This document shows, one piece after another, positions 12,720-24,660 of a DNA stretch of 64,000 bases; position 1 is the first letter of the stretch; each line of letters opens with the position of its first letter. The DNA is from Octopus bimaculoides. Its lineage: Eukaryota. The translations under genes were made by a program, and so were the position numbers. Under the pieces are notes generated by a model that was not told the DNA's origin, ran no database searches, and saw only the letters and a list, made by a program, of their open reading frames with translations. The stretch is taken from NCBI RefSeq assembly GCF_001194135.2, contig NC_068992.1, positions 5,248,007 through 5,312,006 of the forward strand. Direction: 5' to 3'.

Positions 12720-13334
12720 TTCTTGTTCAGATATTTTCAAAGCATGAAACCAATGAAAATTTCCCATCAAGTGATGATGCTTCTAGGGAACTAGTGGGGG
12801 ATGCTTTCCATTTTCTCTGCCAGTTCCCTTGTCATTTGACGAGAATTTTCGTGTAAAAGTTGGTTTAATCGCTCTTCATGGAAATCAACTGGACGGCCAG
12901 AACGAGGAGCTTCTTTCAGGTCAAAAGTTTTATTTTTGAACTTGGCATACCAATACGAGCGGTTCTTCCAGCAATGGCACCCTCTCCATACACAGCAGAA
13001 ATGGCGCATGCAGTGTTTACGACCTTAGAACCTTTAGTAAAATCAAAAACAAGGAGGTGTCGAAAATTCTCGTTTGTCTTACCTTCATATTCCATTTTAA
13101 TAATCTGAAAATAAACAAAGGTTAACTAAAATTAATTAGAAAAAAAAAGCAAAACAAAATAGATTCCAAAATTTAAAAANNNNNNNNNNATTCCATTTTA
13201 ATAATCTGAAAATAAACAAAGGTTAACTAAAATTAATTAGAAAAAAAAAGCAAAACAAAATAGATTCCAAAATTTAAAAACGCAATAAATTCGAAAATTT
13301 AAAAAAAACAGTGCGAACATAGTTGCCAACCCAA
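12720..13334 (-). mobile_element. 5'-half mariner element (mellifera-subfamily-like), frameshifted
   Basis: TA at 13335-13336 then TIR ttgggttggcaacta. ATG at 13095 gives MEYEGKTNENFRHLLVFDF..VYGEGAIAGRTAR, then a frameshift to WYAKFKNKTFDLKEAPRSGRPVDFHEERLNQLLHENSRQMTRELAEKM and a decayed KHxHxMG..W.(P)HAL. This is the mariner HTH/WVPHEL region; no catalytic domain present. Confidence 0.9.
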
Positions 13335-13336
13335 TA

Positions 13337-13413
13337 CATACATACATACACACACACACACATACACACACACGCACACATACACACACACACACGCACA
13401 CACACACACACAT

Positions 13414-13494
<81 letters not shown>
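13337..13494. repeat. (CA)n/(TA)n compound microsatellite abutting the mariner TIR
   Basis: Direct reading. Confidence 0.95.
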
Positions 13495-13496
<2 letters not shown>

Positions 13497-13989
13497 GAAC
13501 TCAGCTATATTAGTTTTCCGAATGATAAACATTTTAACTTACGACCAAGCACCAAAATCATTATTTATCAAATGTAAGCAAACGGTTAGTTTAGTGTTAA
13601 ATGGACAAGAAATCTCAATTGCATACAACAACATGGTCTGATACTACACAACCCACTTTTTTTTAAATGGTGGAAGAATAAATGTCATACCAACGGAAGC
13701 CTCTTAAAATGTAAAAGTACATGATAACGTTCCCCAGCGTCAGAAATGTCCATGATAAGTTACTACTAACATAATAGTATGTCTCGGTTGTTGATTTTCT
13801 AGTTTTCTTGTAGTACTTTTAATCAAAATTACGGGATAATTACATTTTTTCGCTTTTCTCAATTGTGTCAGTAGCATTGATAACATCAACATCATCGGTG
13901 TTTTTATGTTAAAACTAATAAGGATAATGATACAAATAAAAAACAAAAAATCGCAATAAATCGCAAAAAAAATTGATAATATTTGTAAG

Positions 13990-14158
13990 ACCAGCTCATC
14001 ATTATTATTGTTGTTGTTATTTATATTATTATTACTAGTATGTTTAGTACTGATGATGATAACAAGAATAAAAATAATAGTAATAAGAAGAAGAGCTACG
14101 AAAATAACAACGACAACAATGAAAACAATAAGAAAAATAATAATAATAATTAGAGGTA

Positions 14159-14225
<67 letters not shown>

Positions 14226-14290
14226 AATAATGACAATTATTATAGAGAACATTAACAACCAGCATCATAATGATGGAGATGTTGATTATT
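13990..14290. repeat. Mixed trinucleotide low-complexity tract (AAT/GAT/AAC)
   Basis: Direct reading; source of the poly-I, poly-M and poly-H artefact ORFs. Confidence 0.9.
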
Positions 14291-14464
14291 ATAATCAATT
14301 CTTTTTTTGTATGTTGCTTGAATTATGATTTTATTTCATTTATTCCTTAAGTATTTGTTGTTTTATAATAATTTATTGAAAAAAATATAAATAAAATAAC
14401 AAGGCGAACAACGTTATTAAAACAAATTTCAGTCACTGATTACATTTCTGCTTCGTTGAGTTAC

Positions 14465-14581
14465 TTCAAGAAGTTAATTTGCTTGAACAGCCATTTCCAT
14501 GGCTTTCTAGCAGAACTCATCAGACTCAAAAGATATTCCTCAAACACAGCTATGCCACAACACGCATGTTCCATTGGGGAA
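14465..14581 (-). CDS. Candidate internal exon (SPMEHACCGIAVFEEYLLSLMSSARKPWKWLFKQINFL)
   Basis: Minus acceptor cttctgttctcctttgaaag|, 117 nt open (phase 2 to 2), donor GAA|gtaact. Two plus frames are also open here, so strand is uncertain. Confidence 0.25.
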
Positions 14582-15106
14582 CTTTCAAAGGAGAACAGAA
14601 GAGTGAACTCACAATAGCTAAACCGCTTGAACAGGAATAAGGGTTAAGGTGTAGGACATCAAACATAAAGTTCATAAATTAAAAACCTCATAGTGCCAAG
14701 GAGTCGTGAATTTTGTTGAATCGCATTATTCTATTTGTCATATTAAAAGAAAAAATAACGATCGTTCAGTTAGTCATAGGAAACGGCAACCAGCTGTTAA
14801 GGAATTAATGAAACAATGCGTACAAATCTGAAACAGATTAGGAATATCAACCCCTGATTGACAAAAGTAAATATGGTTTGCGATTCAAACATCATAATAG
14901 AAAGTTAATTTAGATATGACGTATAAACGGGTGAAAATTATTAAACACTTGAATCGTTGATCTAAAGTTGATATTTTCGTTTTCACCCTTACTAAATAAG
15001 CAGCAGAAGTTTGTAAACAGGGCGTTCCAAATTTTGTCAATTCGTTATCTAAAAGAGATTACCTGAAGCATTTCAGTATCTATCTATTTATATATCTATC
15101 TATCTA

Positions 15107-15186
15107 GGCGTAGGTGTAGCTGTGTGGTAAGTAGCTCGCTAACCAACCGCATGGTTCCGGGTTCAGTCCCACTGTTTCGCACCTTG
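15107..15186 (+). mobile_element. SINE family B 5' head, truncated
   Basis: ggcgtaggtgtagctgtgtggtaagtagctcgctaaccaaccgcatggttccgggttcagtcccactg: tRNA-like head with A-box-like and B-box-like (ggttcagtccc) motifs. Confidence 0.8.
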
Positions 15187-16008
15187 TATGTACGTATCTA
15201 TCTATCTATAGATAGATAGATATACATAGGTTCAAAAATAATTAGAGATTTATACAAATATTTTTTTTTATTTCACAACATAAACGCACATAAACACATA
15301 GACCCACAAATAAAAACATTGCCAAATAACATACTCACACACACACAAAAACACACGCATACAGTCACTCACACACACACACACACACACACAAACACGC
15401 GCGCACACACATACAGACAAGTGGAGAGAGTAAAGAGAACAAATGTAACTCAAAGGAAAATTGTAATTCTTTCCTCAAGCTGACATTCATGACAACATAC
15501 ATACCTATCAACACACAGCTAGTCATATTCCAAACATATTGAAAGGACATTCAACACAACACACACACACACACACACANNNNNNNNNNAGGACATTCAA
15601 CACAACACACACACACACACACACACACATACACAAACTCACGCACACGCACAAGTTGACATAAAACCCAGTCAATAAATGCTTTTAAACCAGTCCATTG
15701 GCAGGAACCCACAGAGATTTCTTTTAGACAATAGACAACTACAGCCCGTATCTTTCTCTCTATACCTTGACACTCTATTTAAAGAAGATTTCAACGTAAA
15801 AATCTCCAGACATATTTTCGTCCCCCAGACAGAAGATTTACTGTTTTTACTGCAATTTTTTATAAAGTTTTACGGATATTTGATAAGATGGGACTTATCA
15901 TCGAAATCGACAATATTTCCGTTATATAATCATTTAAAATAATTTTATGAGATTCCTTCTTAAATTGAAATGTGTTAGAATGACGTTACTGCTGTTTCTA
16001 GGTCCATT

Positions 16009-16088
<80 letters not shown>

Positions 16089-18640
16089 TGTGTGTGTGTG
16101 CATATGTATATATATATATATATACTTGAGTGTGCGCGCGTATGTATATATGTATATAAGCAGATTAGTAGATAAACGAAAGAAAGAGGCACATTTATGA
16201 AAAGTTACATAGAAATATTATCTAAGCAGTTTGATTCGGCCCCATTGATTGTTAACTTCAGCGAAATCATAGTACTGAGTTTATATTCATCCAGAGTGTT
16301 TAGAGAGTACCAGCAATAATATTCGAACTCCTCCTGAACCTGACAGCACATTGACCACTTCCTATTTTAATACATCTCTTCCCCCACTCACGAATATTTA
16401 CAGGCTAATCAGGCGTATAGTAACTCCCGATCATCTGAACTCACGAGAACAAACCTTATAAGCACCAACCCAATGCTAATAAACACTGCAACTCTTATTC
16501 AATTCTTTCTGTTTCATTTTGTAACGTGAACGGCATTTCATCGACTACATGCATGCCTCTGTATGTGTGTGTGTGCGAGAGTGAAAGAGAGAGAGAGCGT
16601 GTGTAAAGGCGTTGTTTGTGTACATGCATATGCTTGTGTTCCTGTATGTGTGCAACGGACGTGAATGAAAGAGGCAGACAGAGAAAACAACAGGGAAATA
16701 TATACTCTTAAAATCTGTGTAATCAATAGTTAATTTAGTTAAAGTCACTTTCTGGAACGCTATCATAAATAGCAAACAAAGAAAAGTAAAAACAACTGAC
16801 TAATAAATTGCTAAATATTTACACTGGTCAGGTAGGCGATATCAATCACCCGATATTTTTAATGACAAATTACTAAACGCAGTTTCGGCGATAATATTTT
16901 AAACTTAAAACAGAAATTACATATTATATTTATTAAAAAAGAAAGAATTTAATTAGCTTTTAAAAGTTCTTAAAGATAACATATCGCTCGCATACTGAAT
17001 ATTCATATTTATAACTTAATTCTGACTTTGGATTTCAAAAAAACAATTAGCGTGGTGTATATAAAATTTTAATAGAATAATGTTCCATCTTTTTTTTATT
17101 TCAGCGTGAAATAATTTTATAAAAAGGTTTTACAGTTTTCTTATCTTATCGTTGTTTTTGTAAAAAGAACTGGAAACAAACTGTGTATTTGTATAATTTT
17201 TGAATTCCCTTTCGGCTTAATTAGTTAATGTTTCATTCAACAAACGGTTACTTAATTTCTCTGGACATACTCATAGTTTCAATAATTAATTAGTTGCCAT
17301 GTGGTAGGCCGCTACTCTGATATTTAATCACTGTCGACTATAAAATTGTATTTTTAATTAAAATCTAATAACTACAAATGTTTTTTTCCCTCTCCATGTC
17401 GCCAAGAAATCTGAATGTTGACATCTGTTAAAACTACAAAAAAACAAATCTTAAGCTATGCTTCTTCATACGCCGTATGTTCTTTTTTTATGTTTGCAAT
17501 GTGTTGCCTCTAACAAGAGAGGCTGTGTATTAGGTGATGTCAAACAAGCAACTCTCTGCAAACTTTGATATTCACACATTGATACATGTTACAGGAGAGC
17601 GAGTACGTCAGTTAAATCTAGCAAGCTCTACTATTTAATATTTTTCGGTCATAAGAATAAACAATTAAGCGAGATATTTATTTCCTTAAGCGAGTGTCCT
17701 GAAATTACATTTGCAGGGCATAATTTTTTATCTGTTAAAGAGACGAATATGCCATCATACCTGAGCTAATGATTCACAGCTCATATTTATGCTGATACAA
17801 ATGCTTTGGCTAAAACATTCTTACTCTCTTCACAAGGAAAACTGTTTTTTTTTGTGTTGAAGTGTAAGAATATTTCGTATCAAGAAACCAGAAACCAAAA
17901 TTTATAAGTATCCATGAATGTCACGTTGTTTCTTTTACACATAGACCATAGAACAGTTGTTATAGATAACAAAATAAATTCAGCTTTCTATCAAAATCGA
18001 CTCAAGTAACATTCTGTTATTATGGCAATTAAAATCATAAGGGAAAATCACATTATCAGACATAAGAGAATATTTATAACGCGACACAAGAATGTTTGGC
18101 GAGGAAATATTTGATGCATAAAGAAATTATGTGCACACAAGAGGGTACAGCAATACATTGTTTGCACAAGAAAGTAGATTATCAATATTAGTTTACTTTG
18201 GTCTGAATCAATAAAATATTTCCTGATCCTGAAAATAATCACAGGTAGTATGTTTAGGATATAGTAGATATTAATACCTAACATATAGAGCTGTCGCCAG
18301 GGAGTTAGTTCCAAGCTGCTCCTATTTACACGGTAACGAACTGTGGTGAATATTTACTTTTTAAATAGCCTTCACTACTGTTTAACTCTTACGTATTGTT
18401 CACTTCGAAACAGACAGAATTCTAGGGCACCTTCAAAATATTCGCTCGAGATTTGTCAAATAAACGATGATAAGCGTAAATTATTAATCGAATTTTCCAG
18501 ATACGACCTCAAATACGTTTGATATTAATATTAATTGGAGAAAAAATACACTACTGTAATCTTAACAGCGTTCCAGTACCAACAAACTGAATCAGTTACG
18601 CGGTAGAATACAAGTATGTTGAGTTCGATCTGATACTTCT

Positions 18641-18898
18641 GAATGGAATTCGTAGGTGCAAACTGAAAGAAGCCCACCGTATATACATAAATATATGTTG
18701 TTCGGTGTGTTTGTCTTTTTGTTTGCTTGTCCCCCCCCACACACACACACATACACTGCTTGACAACTGGTGTTGGCATGTTTACATACAGTAACGTAAT
18801 GGTTCGAAGAAAATGACCGACAGAAAATGAATAATAACCTATACAAACAAATAAGTACTGGTGTGGACTCGGTCGACTAGAATTCTTGAAGGCAGCGC
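18641..18898 (+). mobile_element. SINE family B body/3' part, degenerate
   Basis: aactgaaagaagccc...(CA)n...gcttgacaactggtgttgg...aaataagtactggtgtggactcggtcgactag; collinear with the reverse-complement copies at 20640 and 57285. Confidence 0.65.
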
Positions 18899-19077
18899 AG
18901 TCTCTTTACTGAAAATAGTAAACGAGAAAAGGCAATGGAAAATTACAATATATTGCTTGGCTGTAAAGTTTCTACAACTTCGTTCAACCATGGATATTGT
19001 TACTGTAACTCATATTGTATGCCAGTAGCTAAGGTAAATATTTACGCTTATTCTGGGCTGTTCAATCTGTGAATTGA

Positions 19078-19360
19078 ACTTTATACTCCAACAATAGTCA
19101 GACATCATATTTATATCCCATTTGCCCTGATACCATTCCTCCATGATCTTGATGTGCAGAATCTGGAAATGCTAGGATCACCAGGTTTGAGGTCAGATCT
19201 TGGAGACCAATATTCTCTCGAGCTCCGCTGACCAAGATGCACAGAAAGCAGGGATACTTGTATTTGCGGAGAAAACCATGTTAAGATCAACGCAGCGGTG
19301 CTGGTTTGTGATATTGCAATAATTCAATGTATCTTTTCTGATCTCCATATCCTACACGAA
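19078..19360 (-). mobile_element. Internally deleted Chapaev/CMC-like DNA transposase fragment
   Basis: With frameshifts: YGDQKRYIELLQYHK, CVDLNMV, KYPCFLCILVSGARE, PRSDLKPGDP, LHIK, IMEEWYQGKWDINMMSDYCWSIK. Matches the recalled Chapaev3-type motif series (CVDLKMV..TKYPCFLCLWDSRA..PPLHIKLG..E.RYQG.W...MMADYCW). Confidence 0.75.
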
Positions 19361-19418
19361 GAGCAAATAAATATGTGTGTGTGCAGGCTATATATATTAA
19401 ATCGAAGAATATACATGC

Positions 19419-19470
<52 letters not shown>

Positions 19471-19478
19471 GTATGTGT

Positions 19479-19513
<35 letters not shown>

Positions 19514-20639
19514 TGAGTTGTTATGTTTACATATCGGCTGAAAACAAAAACAGCTAAACACCTAATAATAAAATCTACTCATTTGAAAGTAGAAATTCCA
19601 GTCGCAAGATATTGTTTCTAATTATCGATAAAACCGTATATTCTAGTACCTCCATCATCATTGACATCAGCATCAGTAGGAGCAGCAGCAGGAATTGTAG
19701 CGGCAGCAGCATCTATCTTAACGGTTGTAGTGTGAGGTCAGTATCCTGACTGACTCTCATCTTACTGAGTCATCAATATTATAATCAATATTTCTTTCAT
19801 TGGTTTGATGATAACCATCATAATGTCAATTGTTACATCTGACGTCAACATCACCATTGTTTTCACCACAACGCCTCACTGTCGGCTTAATGTTTCCTCA
19901 ATCTTTCAATATCTTTTGCTTTGCCACCAACACGATCCCACTTTTGAAGTGGAGGACCACCGTCATCTACTCTGCCTGAACAACTGCCATCAACGTCGTT
20001 GCCAGTGTCTTCCTCCTCATTAGCATCGTATGAAGAATGAACAAAAGAGTCTCATCATCATCAGCATCAACAGCGCCTGTGTTTTTGTTTTATGGTTTCT
20101 GAGTCAATTGCCATCATTAATTACCTAAAATAGACAACAGATCAAGTTACGGAAATATAATCATATGAATAGAAATATCATATCAATGCTACATTCTGTA
20201 CGAAATATAATACTAAAATCACTTTATCACAATGATACAAATATTCAAAATAACTTCATTGTATACGACAAGCTGATAAATACGGTCAGGTGTTACTGCA
20301 TCACCTTACAAGGGGAAATAGCTATAATTCAAGCACTATTCACAATGAAAGACCGAGTGGTTGAACCGACGATGCTGCAATTTATATGACGTTATCCTTT
20401 TTACATTCTAATGACAGTATTTCCAGTACTCAGATATACACAAAAATATCCGCATCACACTAACGAAGTTATCCGATAGTTTCATATATCGTCTATATCA
20501 TATGTTTTATTAGTTATTTTTTAATTAATAATATTTATTTTCCTAGTTAATTTCAAATGGAATGGAGTCATTAGATTGTGCCTTGCCTGCGAATCGACTT
20601 GAAGACTTTTCAGTACAATGAAGCGACACCAGAACTAAT

Positions 20640-20791
20640 GTTTCTTTATTTAAGCCTGTTACTTGCTCTCAGTAACTTTTGTTGAGCTGCTAACTAAAGG
20701 GGAAATAAGCACAGCATCAAAAGTTCTCAAGCGATGGAGAGAAACAAACACGAGCACAAGGACATAGATACACACGCACACACACACGCAC

Positions 20792-20824
<33 letters not shown>

Positions 20825-20990
20825 ATCACACACGATCTTCTTTCAGTTTCCGTCTACCAAATGCACTACCATGGCTTCGGTGTCCTGAAGCCATAGTAGA
20901 AAACACATTCGCAAGCTACCGCGCAGTGGGACCTTATATGGTACCTCGTGGTTGGGAAATAATCTTCCTACTGCTCAGCCATATTTGTGT
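20640..20990 (-). mobile_element. SINE family B copy with internal (CA)n
   Basis: ttctttcagtttccgtctaccaaat...ccatagtagaaaacac...cgcagtgggacc is the reverse complement of the head/body seen at 15107 and 18641. Confidence 0.75.
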
Positions 20991-21975
20991 CAAGTAAAGA
21001 ACTCATACATACACTAACCTTTGCTATGTGTGTGTGAGAGGAAAAGCAATCTAATATTACTTCACCTGTATATTTCACTACAGTATGTCTGTACAGGTTT
21101 ATATGTTTCGGCACGTTAACTTTACAGCTAGTTTATACAAATACATATATATTATATAGAACCGTGTGCTATAAGATAAAATTCTCTGGGTCTAAAGCAA
21201 TTAGGTCATGTGAGACGTCAGCTAACACTCCTTAGAAAACGATTTGTCATATAAGAACCAATTGGCCGTGTGTATGTCAATGACAAATGCTCATAATAAA
21301 TTATTATCATTAAACCAATGATATATAGTTTCATAAATATCTTTCGTTATTTCGTTTGACATGCGGAATTTAATGAGAAGTTATTCTAGTAAGAAGTAGA
21401 CAGTTTAAAATATGAAGCAGCTAACTTATAAATACATTATGTTTTAGAAGAAATATATGGTGTGAAAAAATTTGCTCTCAAGATATTAATTGTAATCATT
21501 GGAAAATTTTAGGGATATCACTATGGTGTTCCAAATAGACTGGCTTAATTAGGTGGTTCGCTGTAGTTTATGAGTGTACCATTTGTATATTAATAAATAT
21601 ATTTCAGTAAGACCACCGTGTGTCCGTATAAATTTGCACCAATCTGTCTATCTAATCTATCTATCTATCTATCTATCTATCAATCTATATATATATATAT
21701 ATGTATATATATATNNNNNNNNNNNNNNNNNNNNNNNNNNNNNNNNNNNNNNNNNNNNNNNNNNNNNNNNNNNNNNNNNNNNNNNNNNNNNNNNNNNNNN
21801 NNNNNNNNNNNNNNNNNNNNNNNNNNNNNNNNNNNNNNNNNNNNNNNNNNNNNNNNNNNNNNNNNNNNNNNNNNNNNNTATATATATCTGCTTCTCTATC
21901 CCTGTGTCTGTCTGTCTATCTGTCTGTCTATCTAGCTATTTCTATCTATTTCTATGTATCTATCTATTTGTGTGT

Positions 21976-22012
<37 letters not shown>

Positions 22013-22799
22013 TGGGTGTATATGTGTGTGTGTGTGTGTCTGTGTGTGTGTGTTTGTGTACGTCGGTATATTCTTGACGCTGAAAGCGTATAGACTTTTA
22101 AGTGAACATGCAATTCTTGGATTGACTGAAATCATTTTTAATGAAATATAACTCAAAACACAACATCGATCGAAATGTGACCTTCAAAATATTTTGTAGT
22201 TTCGTGTATGTTTTCTCTTGACATAAAACAAACGTGACCAATATAACTTTTCATCAATAATATTTCATCCGTTCCCTGTTTTGTTGTTATTTACTCCCAT
22301 TCTATATAATATCAATACACTTGTAGTTTAGTCTCCAAAGATATGTGTCAATAATTTCTACATTGAACAAGCCGTTCTGCGACAATTTAGAAAAATCTTT
22401 TAGTGGACCCTTATGGAATATTGCATTAGCCATGAATGTGTGTAAACCATGATATAAGAATAGAATGTTATTATGTTCCTGTAAATTTTGTCGCTCCAAT
22501 TTTAATTGAAATATTAATACAAAGATAGATAATACGGGGAAATTATTCTCTCCAACACAATTGAAGTGATATGTGTGGAGTTGTACAGACTGGATAACAG
22601 AATCGCCTGTGTTTGTCACTTTGTTATATGGCTGAGGACATGTATACATCGTGAATGAATTTTTGATCGTGGTTGTAGAAAACAGAGTTACAATTTCTCA
22701 ATATGCATTTCAGTATAAGTGCCGGTGATCTTCAAATTAATTCGGCACAAGAAAGAGGACAGTTCCCAGTACTGGAAATAGAGACTTGAGTATTCATTT

Positions 22800-22863
22800 G
22801 AAATATAATAAATGAAGAAAGAGTCGATGGAAATATAATAAATGAAGAAAGAGTCGATGGAAA
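22800..22863. repeat. Perfect 30-bp tandem duplication
   Basis: aaatataataaatgaagaaagagtcgatgg occurs at 22801-22830 and 22831-22860. Confidence 0.95.
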
Positions 22864-23709
22864 CAAAAATTCGAATGAAAAGCAAAAGAACGTTGTTCAC
22901 AGAAATGTTAATATCAAGCGCAGTGGATTTGAAGTAGCTGAAGTGATGATTATAAGAAAAAAAATTACGTGAAGTGTGGTACAAAGAAAAACATCCTACA
23001 AAAGAACAGATCATTATTCCCACAACAGTTTCTTGAGAAAGCATGAAGAGATATTCGGCAAGAAACAAGATCAGAGTAAAAGATAATAAACATCAAATAT
23101 ATGATGTACTAAATAGTGAAAGAGCAACGAACTGTTGGTGAGATAGCTTCAACACAACAGAAAAGTGGACTGGTTATAGGATGAATAGAAGTGATATGGA
23201 CAGCTATGTAACTATTAGAGGAGAGTATACGAAAAAGATATGAAAGTATGTGAAACAGATATCAAATTTGAAAACCGCTGGACGTTATTAAGTACACACA
23301 TAAATATTTGGAATAGTTTTTTTTTAATGTTTGTATATGCAGATATATACGATTCTTTCCTACTGAATATAGAGGTAGTAAAACACCAATATGGATGGCA
23401 ACATTGGTAGTAAAAAGGGGGGGGGGAAACGAAGAGAATTCCGTACTTCTAGATGTATTACAAGCCTACTATTGTTATGGAAATAATAAATTTCACTCAA
23501 AGCAGATTAATTTTAATTTTCTGAAGAATAATAATTTATTACTAGAAAACAAAAGTGGAAGAAAAACTACATTCTATAAAATATCGAAGTAAAGATACTG
23601 AAGTATGAACAAAAACGAAGAACTTAGCTCTTCATTGTGCTGACTAAAAAACGAATATGATGATGCATTTTATTATTACTGAGTGAGAGAGCAGAGCATA
23701 CCATCAAAG

Positions 23710-24135
23710 TGACACTGGCGTACAAATACACAAAGCCTAATATACCCATCATAACTACCCGTCTGGTAAGTGTGCACCAGGCGCATGCGTCACAACCATA
23801 TGTGCTCGACATGGTGATCACATATCAACATAAACTGCGCATGACCTTGCAGGTGGGGCCCAATGAGAATTTTCTTGAGGTTTATTAGCCCATCCCATTC
23901 TAGAGATTCCTAAATAAGGTTTGTTTTAAGGATAATGAACAAAATACACGTTTCCAGAGGTGACTTATTCAAACCCCAAAGAATTCCTCTCGACACATGG
24001 CTATGACCATCCCCCACTACTTCTGCCCGTAATCAGAGACGCATACACGGTCAGCTACCAAGGGGCATGCTCAACCGGTTATGGTTAAACAACTAACAAG
24101 CATATCTCTGCTATTGAGCAGAATATTTGACATAG
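23710..24135. mobile_element. Probable interspersed repeat (GC-elevated block)
   Basis: Abruptly higher GC than flanks and no coherent ORF. Resembles a common octopod repeat from memory only; no second copy in this window. Confidence 0.35.
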
Positions 24136-24499
24136 CTCTGAGAAAAACAATGTACACGATAGCACATCTACTCAGTTAAGATAAGACATGATACGCACTG
24201 CCTGGTATTATTATTCTTTACTTTTAATCTGCATGATTGTTTCCATCACTTTTCGAGGCATACCCAGCGTCCTGGGGCGAGTGAAAGATAAGAGATGTTA
24301 CAGTATGAATGAAAGCCTCGAGAGGGGAAGTGTCAGGAGCAGTAGCAAAGTACTTTCATGTAATACAACACAGGCATTTAGATTGATAGGGTTTTTTTTC
24401 TAAGGGTGTGGGCAGAAGTTGTTAGCACAATCTTTTGGATTTCTCTGCAACATGATTCTCCTGGGATATTATCTAGATGCTTCTGACATCCATTTCTTT

Positions 24500-24527
24500 A
24501 TTATTATTATTATTGTTGTGTTTGTTG

Positions 24528-24562
<35 letters not shown>

Positions 24563-24615
24563 TTTGTTGTTGCTGTTGTTATATATGATGTTGATGTTTA
24601 TTAATAAAACAGCCT

Positions 24616-24654
<39 letters not shown>

Positions 24655-24660
24655 TCAACA
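24500..24660. repeat. Compound trinucleotide array (TAT)(GTT)(GCT)(GTT)...(CTA)n
   Basis: Direct reading. Confidence 0.93.

Noticed and set aside
12706-12775. Plus-strand acceptor with CTAAC branch point (aggctaacattcatttcttgttcag|)
   Set aside because: Lies in the antisense of the decayed mariner and has only a weak donor.
13087-13280. Apparent ~90-bp direct repeat inside the mariner 5' region
   Set aside because: The two copies flank a 10-N gap, the signature of overlapping contig ends; most likely an assembly artefact.
15544-15625. Direct repeat aggacattcaacacaac(ac)n
   Set aside because: Also flanks a 10-N gap; assembly overlap artefact.
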